Shown: one piece after another, positions 1 through 7,485 of the stretch | Layout: each line of letters opens with the position of its first letter | Position numbering within the stretch: position 1 is the first letter of the stretch | Source: Candidatus Saccharimonadota bacterium | GTDB lineage: Bacteria; Patescibacteriota; Saccharimonadia; Saccharimonadales; SZUA-47 | Reading direction: 5' to 3' | Assembly: GCA_035329185.1 (NCBI GenBank) | Contig: DAOLHH010000001.1 | Coordinates: 1 to 35,549 of the forward strand | Length of the DNA: 35,549 nucleotides | Notes under the pieces: generated by a model | The model's input: only the letters and a program-made list of their open reading frames with translations | Told to the model about the DNA's origin: nothing | Databases searched by the model: none | Position numbers and translations under genes: made by a program

Positions 1-731
1 GTTAGATTCATGAAGCTCGTCCACATAAACGGCCTTCTTAAACTCCGCCAATTTGAACGAACATGAATATAATCGCGGTGAAGATCACCAAAAAGTTCTT
101 CGATGCGGTCAATATTAATAGTCTGACCTTTTTTGCGTAAAATATATCTAAACACTGCGTTAATAAGTTTTGGGAGCGCTGCCACGAACTGCTTAATACG
201 CATTTCGTCACCTATGATATAGATGAGCACGAGCGTCCCAAATATGATGATTGAGCTCAACGAGCTCGCGAGAAGCACGATGAAACGGCTCGCGGAACCA
301 AAAATAGACAGCAAAAATAACGCGACAAGTAGAAACATGATGAAAGAGAGAAAAGTAAGCATATGCCGAGAAGTCTGAAGTAAGGTTGCCTTTGACCCCT
401 TGACACCGAGCTTGCGCATGCGAATGCCCAAGTAGCCAAACCCACTTACTCCACCTGATGGGAAGACATTATTGACGAAATTCATTTCTAAACTTACTTT
501 ATACAGTTCACGCAAACGTATATGTTCACCGAGTGTTTGCAAATACGATTGATAAAACTTCGCGACGCTGAAATGATTTAGAAGTTGCAAAGGAATAACG
601 AGCGTAATCCAGAGGAGATTGAGATCTGCAAAGGTGCGAAAGGCTTGAACTACTTGTTCTCGTGCGAAGTAAACCAGCACAGCAAGCGCGACGAATGTCA
701 GTACATTTATCCAAAATTTGAATGATTTCAT
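1..731 (-). CDS. Integral membrane protein, N-terminal 243 codons only (3' end lies beyond the window edge); resembles UPF0104 / LPG-synthase-TM 'flippase-like' family
   Basis: Not in the ORF track because it runs off the edge. My translation from ATG (complement of 729-731) gives MKSFKFWINVLTFVALAVLVYFAREQ...NFVNNVFPSGGVSGFGYLGIRMRKLG...LTFLSFIMFLLVALFLLSIF, open to position 1 with several hydrophobic helices. Track ORFs 257-445 and 526-714 are out-of-frame shadows of it. Family assignment is from memory of the PSGG(V/I)G-type loop and is weak. Confidence 0.55.
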   Translation of the reverse strand, partial: MKSFKFWINVLTFVALAVLVYFAREQVVQAFRTFADLNLLWITLVIPLQLLNHFSVAKFYQSYLQTLGEHIRLRELYKVSLEMNFVNNVFPSGGVSGFGYLGIRMRKLGVKGSKATLLQTSRHMLTFLSFIMFLLVALFLLSIFGSASRFIVLLASSLSSIIIFGTLVLIYIIGDEMRIKQFVAALPKLINAVFRYILRKKGQTINIDRIEELFGDLHRDYIHVRSNWRSLRRPFMWTSFMNL

Positions 732-787
732 ATCTTACGTAACTTTACGAATCTTATCCTCGATTATATTTTGCAAGAGAATACATT

Positions 788-793
788 TATAAT
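788..793 (+). promoter_or_regulatory. -10 hexamer TATAAT placed 7 nt before the ATG at 801 (leaderless-type geometry)
   Basis: TATAAT-accagct-ATG read directly. No Shine-Dalgarno sequence and no convincing -35. Confidence 0.35.
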
Positions 794-800
794 ACCAGCT

Positions 801-2021
801 ATGTTTCAAACTATTGCAATTCATGGTCGCCAGCCCGCACTGGGCCGTGCTGAACTTGAGAGTCTTTACGGTGCCGACCGTTTGCGCGCCTTTGGGTCGG
901 TTGCAAGTCTCATGACTCCAGAAGTTACTGAGATAGATTTTGCTCGTTTAGGTGGTACGGTTCGACTCGCACGCATACTCACCGAACTTCCCAGTACGCA
1001 GTGGCGAGACATTGAAATGTATTTACTCGAAAAAACACCGGAACATGCATCGTACGTCAAAGGAAAACTTTCTTTCGGGTTGAGCGTGTATGGGCTTCAG
1101 ATTTCTCCGAAGAAACTTGCACACACCGCGCTTGCAATCAAAAAAGCAATTCGCATGAGTGGCGCTTCTGTGCGCATGGTGCCCCACACCGCACTTGAGC
1201 TCGGCAGTGCAACGGTCATACACAACAAATTGACCGGACCACAAGGTTGGGAGCTACTTATAGTATCTGATGGCAAAAGCGCCTATCTTGCACAAACAGT
1301 TCGTATACAAGATATTGAAAGTTATACCGCGCGTGACCAAGCACGGCCATACCGCGATGCAAAGGTTGGCATGTTACCACCAAAACTCGCGCAGATTATC
1401 ATAAATCTTGGGGTTGGGAAGATAGAGAAAAATAATCCGCCAGCTGGCGGAATGAAAAATGGATTGACTACGGAACGGATCCTCGACCCTTTCTGTGGGA
1501 CCGGCGTGGTTTTACAAGAAGCGATGCTCATGGATTACGACATTTACGGTACCGATTTGGAGCCCCGCATGATCCAATATTCGATAGATAACCTCGCTTG
1601 GCTCGATACAAAATACCCTCATGTCGGCGATTATCGCCGAATAGAAGTTGGTGATGCGAGTAAACACCAGTGGTATGAACCAGAGAAAATCACCACAGTC
1701 GCCTGTGAGACCTATCTCGGCAAACCGTTGTCTGCCCTACCACCCTCTGACCAACTAGCAAAAATCATGCAGGAAGTGAACGCTCTGCATCATCGATTCC
1801 TGCAAAATATTGGCTCGCAATTAAAAAGTGGCACCCGCCTCTGCCTTGCTATACCGACGTGGCGCGGTCGCCATGAGTTTTTACACCTCAGCGTGCTTGA
1901 TTTCTTGAGTGATTTGGGCTATAATCGTGTGAAGTTTACGCACGCTGGTAATAATGAACTTATCTACCACCGTGAAGACCAAGTAGTCGCCCGCGAACTA
2001 CTCGTCATTATTAAGAAGTAA
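801..2021 (+). CDS. SAM-dependent RNA methyltransferase of the Trm11/RlmL-like (UPF0020) class
   Basis: Motif I ILDPFCGTGVVLQEA, motif II acidic YGTDLEP, motif III VGDAS; motif IV position reads VACETYLG instead of (D/N)PPY. The track starts at TTG 771; I prefer the in-frame ATG 801 because of the TATAAT 7 nt upstream. Confidence 0.7.
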   Translation: MFQTIAIHGRQPALGRAELESLYGADRLRAFGSVASLMTPEVTEIDFARLGGTVRLARILTELPSTQWRDIEMYLLEKTPEHASYVKGKLSFGLSVYGLQISPKKLAHTALAIKKAIRMSGASVRMVPHTALELGSATVIHNKLTGPQGWELLIVSDGKSAYLAQTVRIQDIESYTARDQARPYRDAKVGMLPPKLAQIIINLGVGKIEKNNPPAGGMKNGLTTERILDPFCGTGVVLQEAMLMDYDIYGTDLEPRMIQYSIDNLAWLDTKYPHVGDYRRIEVGDASKHQWYEPEKITTVACETYLGKPLSALPPSDQLAKIMQEVNALHHRFLQNIGSQLKSGTRLCLAIPTWRGRHEFLHLSVLDFLSDLGYNRVKFTHAGNNELIYHREDQVVARELLVIIKK

Positions 2022-2161
2022 AACGATACGCACACTTGGCTTCTTTTCGTTAGATCGATACAACAAAGAAGCGAGTAGCGCAGTGAGTCGTATGAAACAT
2101 ACGGCGAGCGAGCATCGCAGATTCTGCGACAGTAGCGGTCAACGAAAAGGAGACAAGCAAA

Positions 2162-2434
2162 ATGTCACATGTGAAAGCTGGTGGAACCAGTAAAAACGTA
2201 CACGATAGTCCTGGACAACGCCTTGGTGTGAAGCGCTTTGGCGGACAAAAAGTGAACGAAGGCGAAGTTATTGTTCGTCAAGTCGGTCAGACCAAACTCT
2301 CTGGCAAAGGTACCTTCATGAGCCGTAACTACACTATTCATGCTGCAAAGGCTGGCGTCGTGAAGTTCATCACCCGTCGCAAGAAAAACTTCACCGGCAA
2401 AACCGTCACCCGCACCGAAGTTGTGGTTGAATAA
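2162..2434 (+). CDS. rpmA: 50S ribosomal protein L27
   Basis: MSHVKAGGTSKNVHDSPGQRLGVKRFGGQKV..IVRQ.G is the canonical L27 N-terminus. GGAG lies about 10 nt upstream of the ATG. Confidence 0.95.
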   Translation: MSHVKAGGTSKNVHDSPGQRLGVKRFGGQKVNEGEVIVRQVGQTKLSGKGTFMSRNYTIHAAKAGVVKFITRRKKNFTGKTVTRTEVVVE

Positions 2435-2455
2435 ACAGCTGTCACAATCGATACC

Positions 2456-2495
2456 AAAAAAGAGGCTTCACACCAGAAGCCTCTTTTCATTTTTT
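2456..2495. terminator. Bidirectional rho-independent terminator between convergent rpmA and the PP2C gene
   Basis: Stem aagaggcttc (2460-2469) / gaagcctctt (2476-2485), loop acacca, A-run before and T-run after, so it reads as stem plus U-tract on both strands. Confidence 0.75.
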
Positions 2496-2504
2496 AGTAG
2501 AAAG

Positions 2505-4136
2505 TTATTCAGTAATCGACACTTCTCCGGCTGCGTAACGTCGTTGCAATTCAGACAGATCATTTACTGGTATCGATTTTCTATACCCTTTCAGATTCCC
2601 GGTCGCAGGGTCTACAGAATCAAATCTGACCACTATATCTCTCCTCCCGATTTCTGGGTCGAAATTCGCTCGGAGAATTTGCGCCTGAGAAAATCTATCG
2701 CCATTCTTTCCTCGAGGTATTATGACTGACTGACCTAAATAGAGATCAGTACCCTGTATCATATGCCTCTTGTCTTTTTCTTGTGCCCACCATCGTTCGT
2801 TTTCTGGCAAAGTTTGCGGCAACGACGGCTTATCGCTATCCTTAAACACCGCCACGCTTGGCGCTCCCTCAAGCACCTGACGTGCCTTATTTAACATATT
2901 CTGTTGCATGCTCACTTGTTTATCAAAATCTTCTTGAGCTTTTTGGCTTTGCCATTGTTTAAATTCAGTCTCTTTAACAAACAATCTATCAGTGGCATTC
3001 CCATGGCCTGCTTTTTCTATGACATACATAACTACTGTTTCGCCCTTGTTTTGAAATTTCTGAATCTTTGCAACACGCCAAGAACTATCTTCAACCGTGC
3101 CATCACGAACGACTCGGAATTCCCCGTCGACAACACCAGCGCGCTCTGCATAACTTGGTTTCAGTGCGTGCTTATCTAATTGCGGGGCTCGATCACTAGT
3201 ACGACCGACTTCTACGACAACTGCAGAGCGATCGTCAATTTTTGGTTGGCGACCATTGGCTGTGCTACCTGCTGCTTGTACAAGTCGCTCAGCTTTTTGA
3301 GCCGGAGTCTCTTGTGGATTATTAAGCACTAGCTGTGCAATCGCCATTTCATTTGACTCACCTGGCATCAATTTCTGATGGGCATAATCTCCTGTTACAC
3401 CATCAGAAGCTACCACAATCTTGTCGCCTTTGCGAACTCGTATTTTTTTTAAGGTAGAAGGACCTTCGTACAGTCCCGCACCAAAACCATTACTAATTAC
3501 ATTTGGCGATGCGTGCGCACGTTGCATATACTCTGCATCCGTCTCTATTTTGTAATTCTGCATCGCTCGAGAAGGGTTCTTTGCATATTCCGAAAGCATT
3601 TCTTGCTCAAGCGTGTCATCGGTTGTTAACTGAGCAACCGCACCATCACTTCGCACTAAAAATATTGGTGAGTCACCGACGCTGGCGATAAATGCATCAG
3701 CATCACCATTCTCATCGAGCTCACCAATCAACACAACAGAACCAGTAGAGCCTCGCTTGACATCTACGGCAACAGCCTCCGCCATCTCATCGAATGTGGC
3801 GCTCAACTGTTCTAGGGTGTCTCCCGCGAACGTACCCTTGGTGACCTTCTCGTGGAGTACCTGACGAGCAGCCTGTGATGCTTCTTGTCCATGATCATGA
3901 CCCCCGACACCATCGAACACTGCTGCAATCGTGAACTTACCGTCTGCAGACACACCAGAATATATCGAATCTTCATTCCGTTCAGGATGGCCTTCGTGAG
4001 CTTCCTGCTTCATGCCGATGACTGCCTGTGGCGTTACCAGTTCTGGGCCAACCTGCAGCATGTATTTCTCTGCAGAGGTAAAGTGAGCAGCGACTAGACT
4101 GTTTGGTTGCGGTAGCTGACTTTCTGGTGATGGCAT
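2505..4136 (-). CDS. PP2C-family (PPM) Ser/Thr protein phosphatase with a ~230-aa uncharacterised C-terminal extension
   Basis: PPM motifs in order: AAVFDGVGGHDHGQEAS, GSTGSVVLI, ASVGDSPIFLVR, AQLTTDDT, GDKIVVASDGVTGD, KIDDRSAVVVEV. I cannot place residues ~311-543 in any family. Confidence 0.85.
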   Translation of the reverse strand: MPSPESQLPQPNSLVAAHFTSAEKYMLQVGPELVTPQAVIGMKQEAHEGHPERNEDSIYSGVSADGKFTIAAVFDGVGGHDHGQEASQAARQVLHEKVTKGTFAGDTLEQLSATFDEMAEAVAVDVKRGSTGSVVLIGELDENGDADAFIASVGDSPIFLVRSDGAVAQLTTDDTLEQEMLSEYAKNPSRAMQNYKIETDAEYMQRAHASPNVISNGFGAGLYEGPSTLKKIRVRKGDKIVVASDGVTGDYAHQKLMPGESNEMAIAQLVLNNPQETPAQKAERLVQAAGSTANGRQPKIDDRSAVVVEVGRTSDRAPQLDKHALKPSYAERAGVVDGEFRVVRDGTVEDSSWRVAKIQKFQNKGETVVMYVIEKAGHGNATDRLFVKETEFKQWQSQKAQEDFDKQVSMQQNMLNKARQVLEGAPSVAVFKDSDKPSLPQTLPENERWWAQEKDKRHMIQGTDLYLGQSVIIPRGKNGDRFSQAQILRANFDPEIGRRDIVVRFDSVDPATGNLKGYRKSIPVNDLSELQRRYAAGEVSITE

Positions 4137-4174
4137 TTTTATAGCGAATTTTTATTGTATTTAATTACATAAAT

Positions 4175-4203
4175 ATATTAACAAATTTTTGCTGTTTTGT
4201 CAA
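4175..4203 (-). promoter_or_regulatory. Sigma-70-type promoter of the PP2C gene: TTGACA-17 nt (ending TGt)-TAATAT
   Basis: Minus strand reads TTGACAaaacagcaaaaatttgtTAATAT; -35 = complement of 4198-4203, -10 = complement of 4175-4180. The leader to ATG 4136 is A/T-rich with no GGAG. Confidence 0.55.
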
Positions 4204-4213
4204 TGTACTTGAT

Positions 4214-5569
4214 CTATATATTACTTGCGTGCGGCCACCTGTTGGTTAGAAGCCCAGCCGCCGTATAACGGTGTTCACCAATGTTTGGGTCAAATCCTTG
4301 TTCTTGGGCTATAATATCGGTGTTTTTCGGGTCAAAACTTCCATCTATAAAAGATAATGCAATACATGCAACATAATCCCTACTTGGCATGGTCGAATTC
4401 TTACCGTATCGACGATGCGGAGCTTTTACTTCATCTCGACGACCCACCCTCGGAGGTAAAAGTGAACTATTATTTTCAACGAAATTGTCTAGTTTACGAA
4501 GTAATGAAACAGCCAACTGGTACCTCACCTGTTTATCTTCTCGAATCATTTTCATAACGTCTTGAACGCTATGGTCTGGCGATAACACTTCAGATGCCCT
4601 TTGCTGAATAATGCCTAGGACAATTGAGTCTTTAATTTGTGCAAGCATTTTTTCGCCAAACTTTTGACTTTCTTCAGTGGGTTCGCGGCCCATTACTTCA
4701 GAATCTCCTGCTCTCGCTTGTTGTGTAGATGCCGTGGAGTTGTCATAGCTCTTGTCAAAAAGCTTATCGTAGCTATTTTCTTTCGGCACTAACGAATCGA
4801 CCAAATCATCGAGTGTACCAGTTTCAGCCTTTTTTGGCTCATACGGTGCGAAGATGTCTCTTTCGTTCGTTGAAAGCATTGACGCAGCGAGTTCTAACTC
4901 AGACTCTTCTTTTGAAGCATCTATAAGATTACCGGATTCAGTTTGAGCGCGAAGCGTTACTTCTAACCCTTCCTCACCACGAGCACCAGACACAATGACA
5001 TTACTCCCGGCGATATGAGTAACCCCCTCGAGTATGTCTGAGCTTTTAGGTATCTGGTCGGGGCTATCTTGGCATATCCCGAGTGCGCTAATAGTTGGCA
5101 TACCTTCACGTTTTGCTTGCTCGTTGTAGTGATACACAACACCCGCGACGAGGCGCCCATCTCTTAGAGTCCACTCATCTTGTTCGTTGATGTATCCCTG
5201 CGCAATCATGACGTGTTGCTTACCGAGCATTCTTTCGTCACTCCCTACATAAGTAGTGAGGTTGGCATCGACGATGTATGGCTTGTCTCTAACGGGTATC
5301 GGTACGTCAGGTGTCGTATCTTCTGGTACCCCAAGGCCTATGCCAAATCCCTCACTAAAAAGTCTTCTATTTCGTTCTGTGGGCGACTCTATTTTTAACG
5401 CGGTTAATACTACCTCGCCTGCGTGTTCGTAAACCTCCCTCAATTCAATCGCAACCTCTGGCTGAGGCGGTTTTTCATGCAATACGATATCTAGCGCGCT
5501 TTGATTTGGACCCATTGCGCTTATACGATCGTTTGGACTATGAGGTGGAAAGTGTGAGAATTCGGACAT
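4214..5569 (-). CDS. Hypothetical protein, 451 aa, no recognisable family, no TM segment or signal peptide
   Basis: Long uninterrupted ORF with its own consensus promoter. Acidic, with a low-complexity middle section (ESELELAA..., STASTQQARAG). No motif I recognise. Confidence 0.6.
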   Translation of the reverse strand: MSEFSHFPPHSPNDRISAMGPNQSALDIVLHEKPPQPEVAIELREVYEHAGEVVLTALKIESPTERNRRLFSEGFGIGLGVPEDTTPDVPIPVRDKPYIVDANLTTYVGSDERMLGKQHVMIAQGYINEQDEWTLRDGRLVAGVVYHYNEQAKREGMPTISALGICQDSPDQIPKSSDILEGVTHIAGSNVIVSGARGEEGLEVTLRAQTESGNLIDASKEESELELAASMLSTNERDIFAPYEPKKAETGTLDDLVDSLVPKENSYDKLFDKSYDNSTASTQQARAGDSEVMGREPTEESQKFGEKMLAQIKDSIVLGIIQQRASEVLSPDHSVQDVMKMIREDKQVRYQLAVSLLRKLDNFVENNSSLLPPRVGRRDEVKAPHRRYGKNSTMPSRDYVACIALSFIDGSFDPKNTDIIAQEQGFDPNIGEHRYTAAGLLTNRWPHASNI

Positions 5570-5593
5570 TTTTTTGTTTTATAATGCATACTT

Positions 5594-5622
5594 ACAATAG
5601 CAAATTTTTGCTGTTTTGTCAA
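5594..5622 (-). promoter_or_regulatory. Sigma-70-type promoter of the 451-aa gene: TTGACA-17 nt (ending TGc)-TATTGT
   Basis: Minus strand reads TTGACAaaacagcaaaaatttgcTATTGT. Positions 5601-5626 are identical to 4182-4207 (26/26). Confidence 0.5.
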
Positions 5623-5695
5623 TGTAATGACTTGGGGGAGTTAACATTTGCCAACCTGAATGAATTTGATACACTACAGAAATTATGAGTTAAAT

Positions 5696-6853
5696 CTACT
5701 GCTTCTCAATGAGGTGTAGCGGCTTGAACGCATGCTCACCGTCTGGTCGCATGATTATCTCAACACTAGGAGAAATATCAAGTTCGTCATCAAAAAAACG
5801 ACCTACACTCTCTACTAATAAACCTATTTCATTCTGCACGTTACTAAACACCTGATCACTCGATTCCAGCGCAATCGTCAAAACTGGTTCTACAGTACCC
5901 TTGTCGTTCTCCCTATAGTCAAAAGTAGCACCTAGGCCTACATCGAAGCCTTTTATTTTAACCTTACGAAGCCCCGTATCCAGACCCTTTTCCATTAGTA
6001 AATAGTCGTGCATTTTCGCATACCCTTCGAGCCAATTTAACCGTAACTGCTCTTGGTCACGTACAATGATTTCTGTATCGGATTTATGTTGCGTGCGGAC
6101 TGAGGCTTGCTCTAATGAACCTAGTACAATAATTGTTCGACCGCCATCATGTCTCATCCGTTCGTGAGGAAGATTTACGAACGAGATACTGTTTCTAAAA
6201 CTCTCAATATCGGCAGATTTTTCATACTTTACTTCTCGCTCAGCTACACTGCTTATGATTTCGACTCCTACGTCTAGATGTGATAGAGCCGCGACTGAAT
6301 CGGCGAAATTCTTATTATAGGTATTGCTCAAATCGAGTAAGCGTTGCTGCACTACCGCAGTACGATTACCCTGAGCGTCTACCATAATGCGACCTCTCAA
6401 TATAGGGTTACCCATTGCACCGTCACCTAAATCAAATTGGCTGACTATGCCATAAAGTCCTGCCTTAGCCATTCTGGTCCTATTCTCATCATCACGAACT
6501 GCATGATTATCGCTCTCTTCACCTCGATAAATTTGCGCTAAGTTGTGTCCTGAATATTCGTTTACCGTACCAAAATATCTCGCGTATTCATAATCCATAT
6601 CTTCAATGGCAACAATAGGAACAAAATCATCCTCCTTAGTACGATGTAGCTCAAAGTAAATTCCAGCAGGATCATCATTATGTTCCTTTGCATATTCAAG
6701 CGAGGTGTTAAAAACATTAGATATCCATGCTTTTCTATCTGGCAACTGTTCGCTATTTCCTTGTTTTAAGATAAAGTTTGTGGCCGCGTCATGATGAAGA
6801 AATCCATAAAAGTGTTCTTTTTCAGGTGGTTGGGCGAGAGGAATTTCTGACAT
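5696..6853 (-). CDS. Hypothetical protein, 385 aa, no recognisable family, no TM segment or signal peptide
   Basis: Long uninterrupted ORF directly downstream of a perfect-consensus promoter. No motif I recognise. Confidence 0.6.
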   Translation of the reverse strand: MSEIPLAQPPEKEHFYGFLHHDAATNFILKQGNSEQLPDRKAWISNVFNTSLEYAKEHNDDPAGIYFELHRTKEDDFVPIVAIEDMDYEYARYFGTVNEYSGHNLAQIYRGEESDNHAVRDDENRTRMAKAGLYGIVSQFDLGDGAMGNPILRGRIMVDAQGNRTAVVQQRLLDLSNTYNKNFADSVAALSHLDVGVEIISSVAEREVKYEKSADIESFRNSISFVNLPHERMRHDGGRTIIVLGSLEQASVRTQHKSDTEIIVRDQEQLRLNWLEGYAKMHDYLLMEKGLDTGLRKVKIKGFDVGLGATFDYRENDKGTVEPVLTIALESSDQVFSNVQNEIGLLVESVGRFFDDELDISPSVEIIMRPDGEHAFKPLHLIEKQ

Positions 6854-6877
6854 ATTTGTGTTATTTTTGATTTGTAT

Positions 6878-6906
6878 ATTATAACAAATTTAATATTTTT
6901 TGTCAA
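6878..6906 (-). promoter_or_regulatory. Perfect-consensus promoter of the 385-aa gene: TTGACA-17 nt (ending TGt)-TATAAT
   Basis: Minus strand reads TTGACAaaaaatattaaatttgtTATAAT. It matches the 26-nt cassette of the other two promoters at 19/26 positions (6885-6910). Confidence 0.6.
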
Positions 6907-6914
6907 TTTTTACT

Positions 6915-6942
6915 TACAAAGAAAGACCCCTTTCGGGGCCTT
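6915..6942 (-). terminator. Rho-independent terminator after the receiver gene
   Basis: Minus strand ggcccc-gaaa-ggggtc followed by tttcttt, 27 nt after the stop at 6969. Confidence 0.6.
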
Positions 6943-6968
6943 ACTCTCTTTGCTATTTGATGGGTCTT

Positions 6969-7352
6969 TTACATACCGAGGTGCTGTTTCACACGTTCGA
7001 CGACGTCAGCAATCACTACTTGTGATTTCACCAAGTAATCATCGACGCCAAGATCGAGTGCGCGTTGCTTGTCGCTTTCCTGCGAAAGTGCGGTCAACAT
7101 AACGACGCGGACGTTCGCTGTTTCTGGCGTATTACGCAAGATATCAAGTACATCGAAACCGGATACTTTCGGCATCATAACGTCGAGCAAGATAAGGTCA
7201 GGCTTGTATTCTATAGTTGCGGCGAGGGCGTCTTCCCCATTTGGTACGCGCTTTACATCAAAGCCTTCGGCTTGGAAGCGGGTTACATATACTGACGCAA
7301 GACTGTCATCGTCCTCGACGAGTAAAATTTTCTTTGGTTTTTGATTGTCCAT
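6969..7352 (-). CDS. Stand-alone response-regulator receiver (CheY-like) protein, no output domain
   Basis: KILLVEDDD acidic pocket, DLILLDVMMP phospho-acceptor Asp, MLTA, and DYLVKS Lys. 127 aa in total. Confidence 0.85.
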   Translation of the reverse strand: MDNQKPKKILLVEDDDSLASVYVTRFQAEGFDVKRVPNGEDALAATIEYKPDLILLDVMMPKVSGFDVLDILRNTPETANVRVVMLTALSQESDKQRALDLGVDDYLVKSQVVIADVVERVKQHLGM

Positions 7353-7426
7353 GGTTTTTTAACCTTATTTTTGTTAGTTTGATGTGCTTGTTTCGGATAG
7401 ATTTCTATACCGAAGCTTATGAACAA

Positions 7427-7455
7427 ATGCTAGCATAAATATGCAAAAAAATCAA
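7427..7455 (-). promoter_or_regulatory. Candidate promoter of the receiver gene: TTGATT-17 nt (ending TGc)-TAGCAT
   Basis: Read on the minus strand. The 5' UTR then contains a 9-bp bulged hairpin (7392-7414). Confidence 0.4.
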
Positions 7456-7485
7456 TAGTGCTTATGTTTTTAGCTACATTTTTCG

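Noticed and set aside
257-714. Two 62-aa minus-strand ORFs in the track (257-445, 526-714).
   Set aside because: They are out of frame with a continuous 243-codon open frame (1-731, minus) that encodes a sensible polytopic membrane protein. The edge-truncated gene explains the region better.
3443-3450. A T8 (coding-strand A8) homopolymer inside the PP2C gene, and A7/T7 runs nearby (e.g. 5788-5794).
   Set aside because: It encodes KK in a normal context. Runs of this length are expected by chance in A/T-rich Lys codons, and there is no alternative-frame ORF downstream that would suggest programmed frameshifting.
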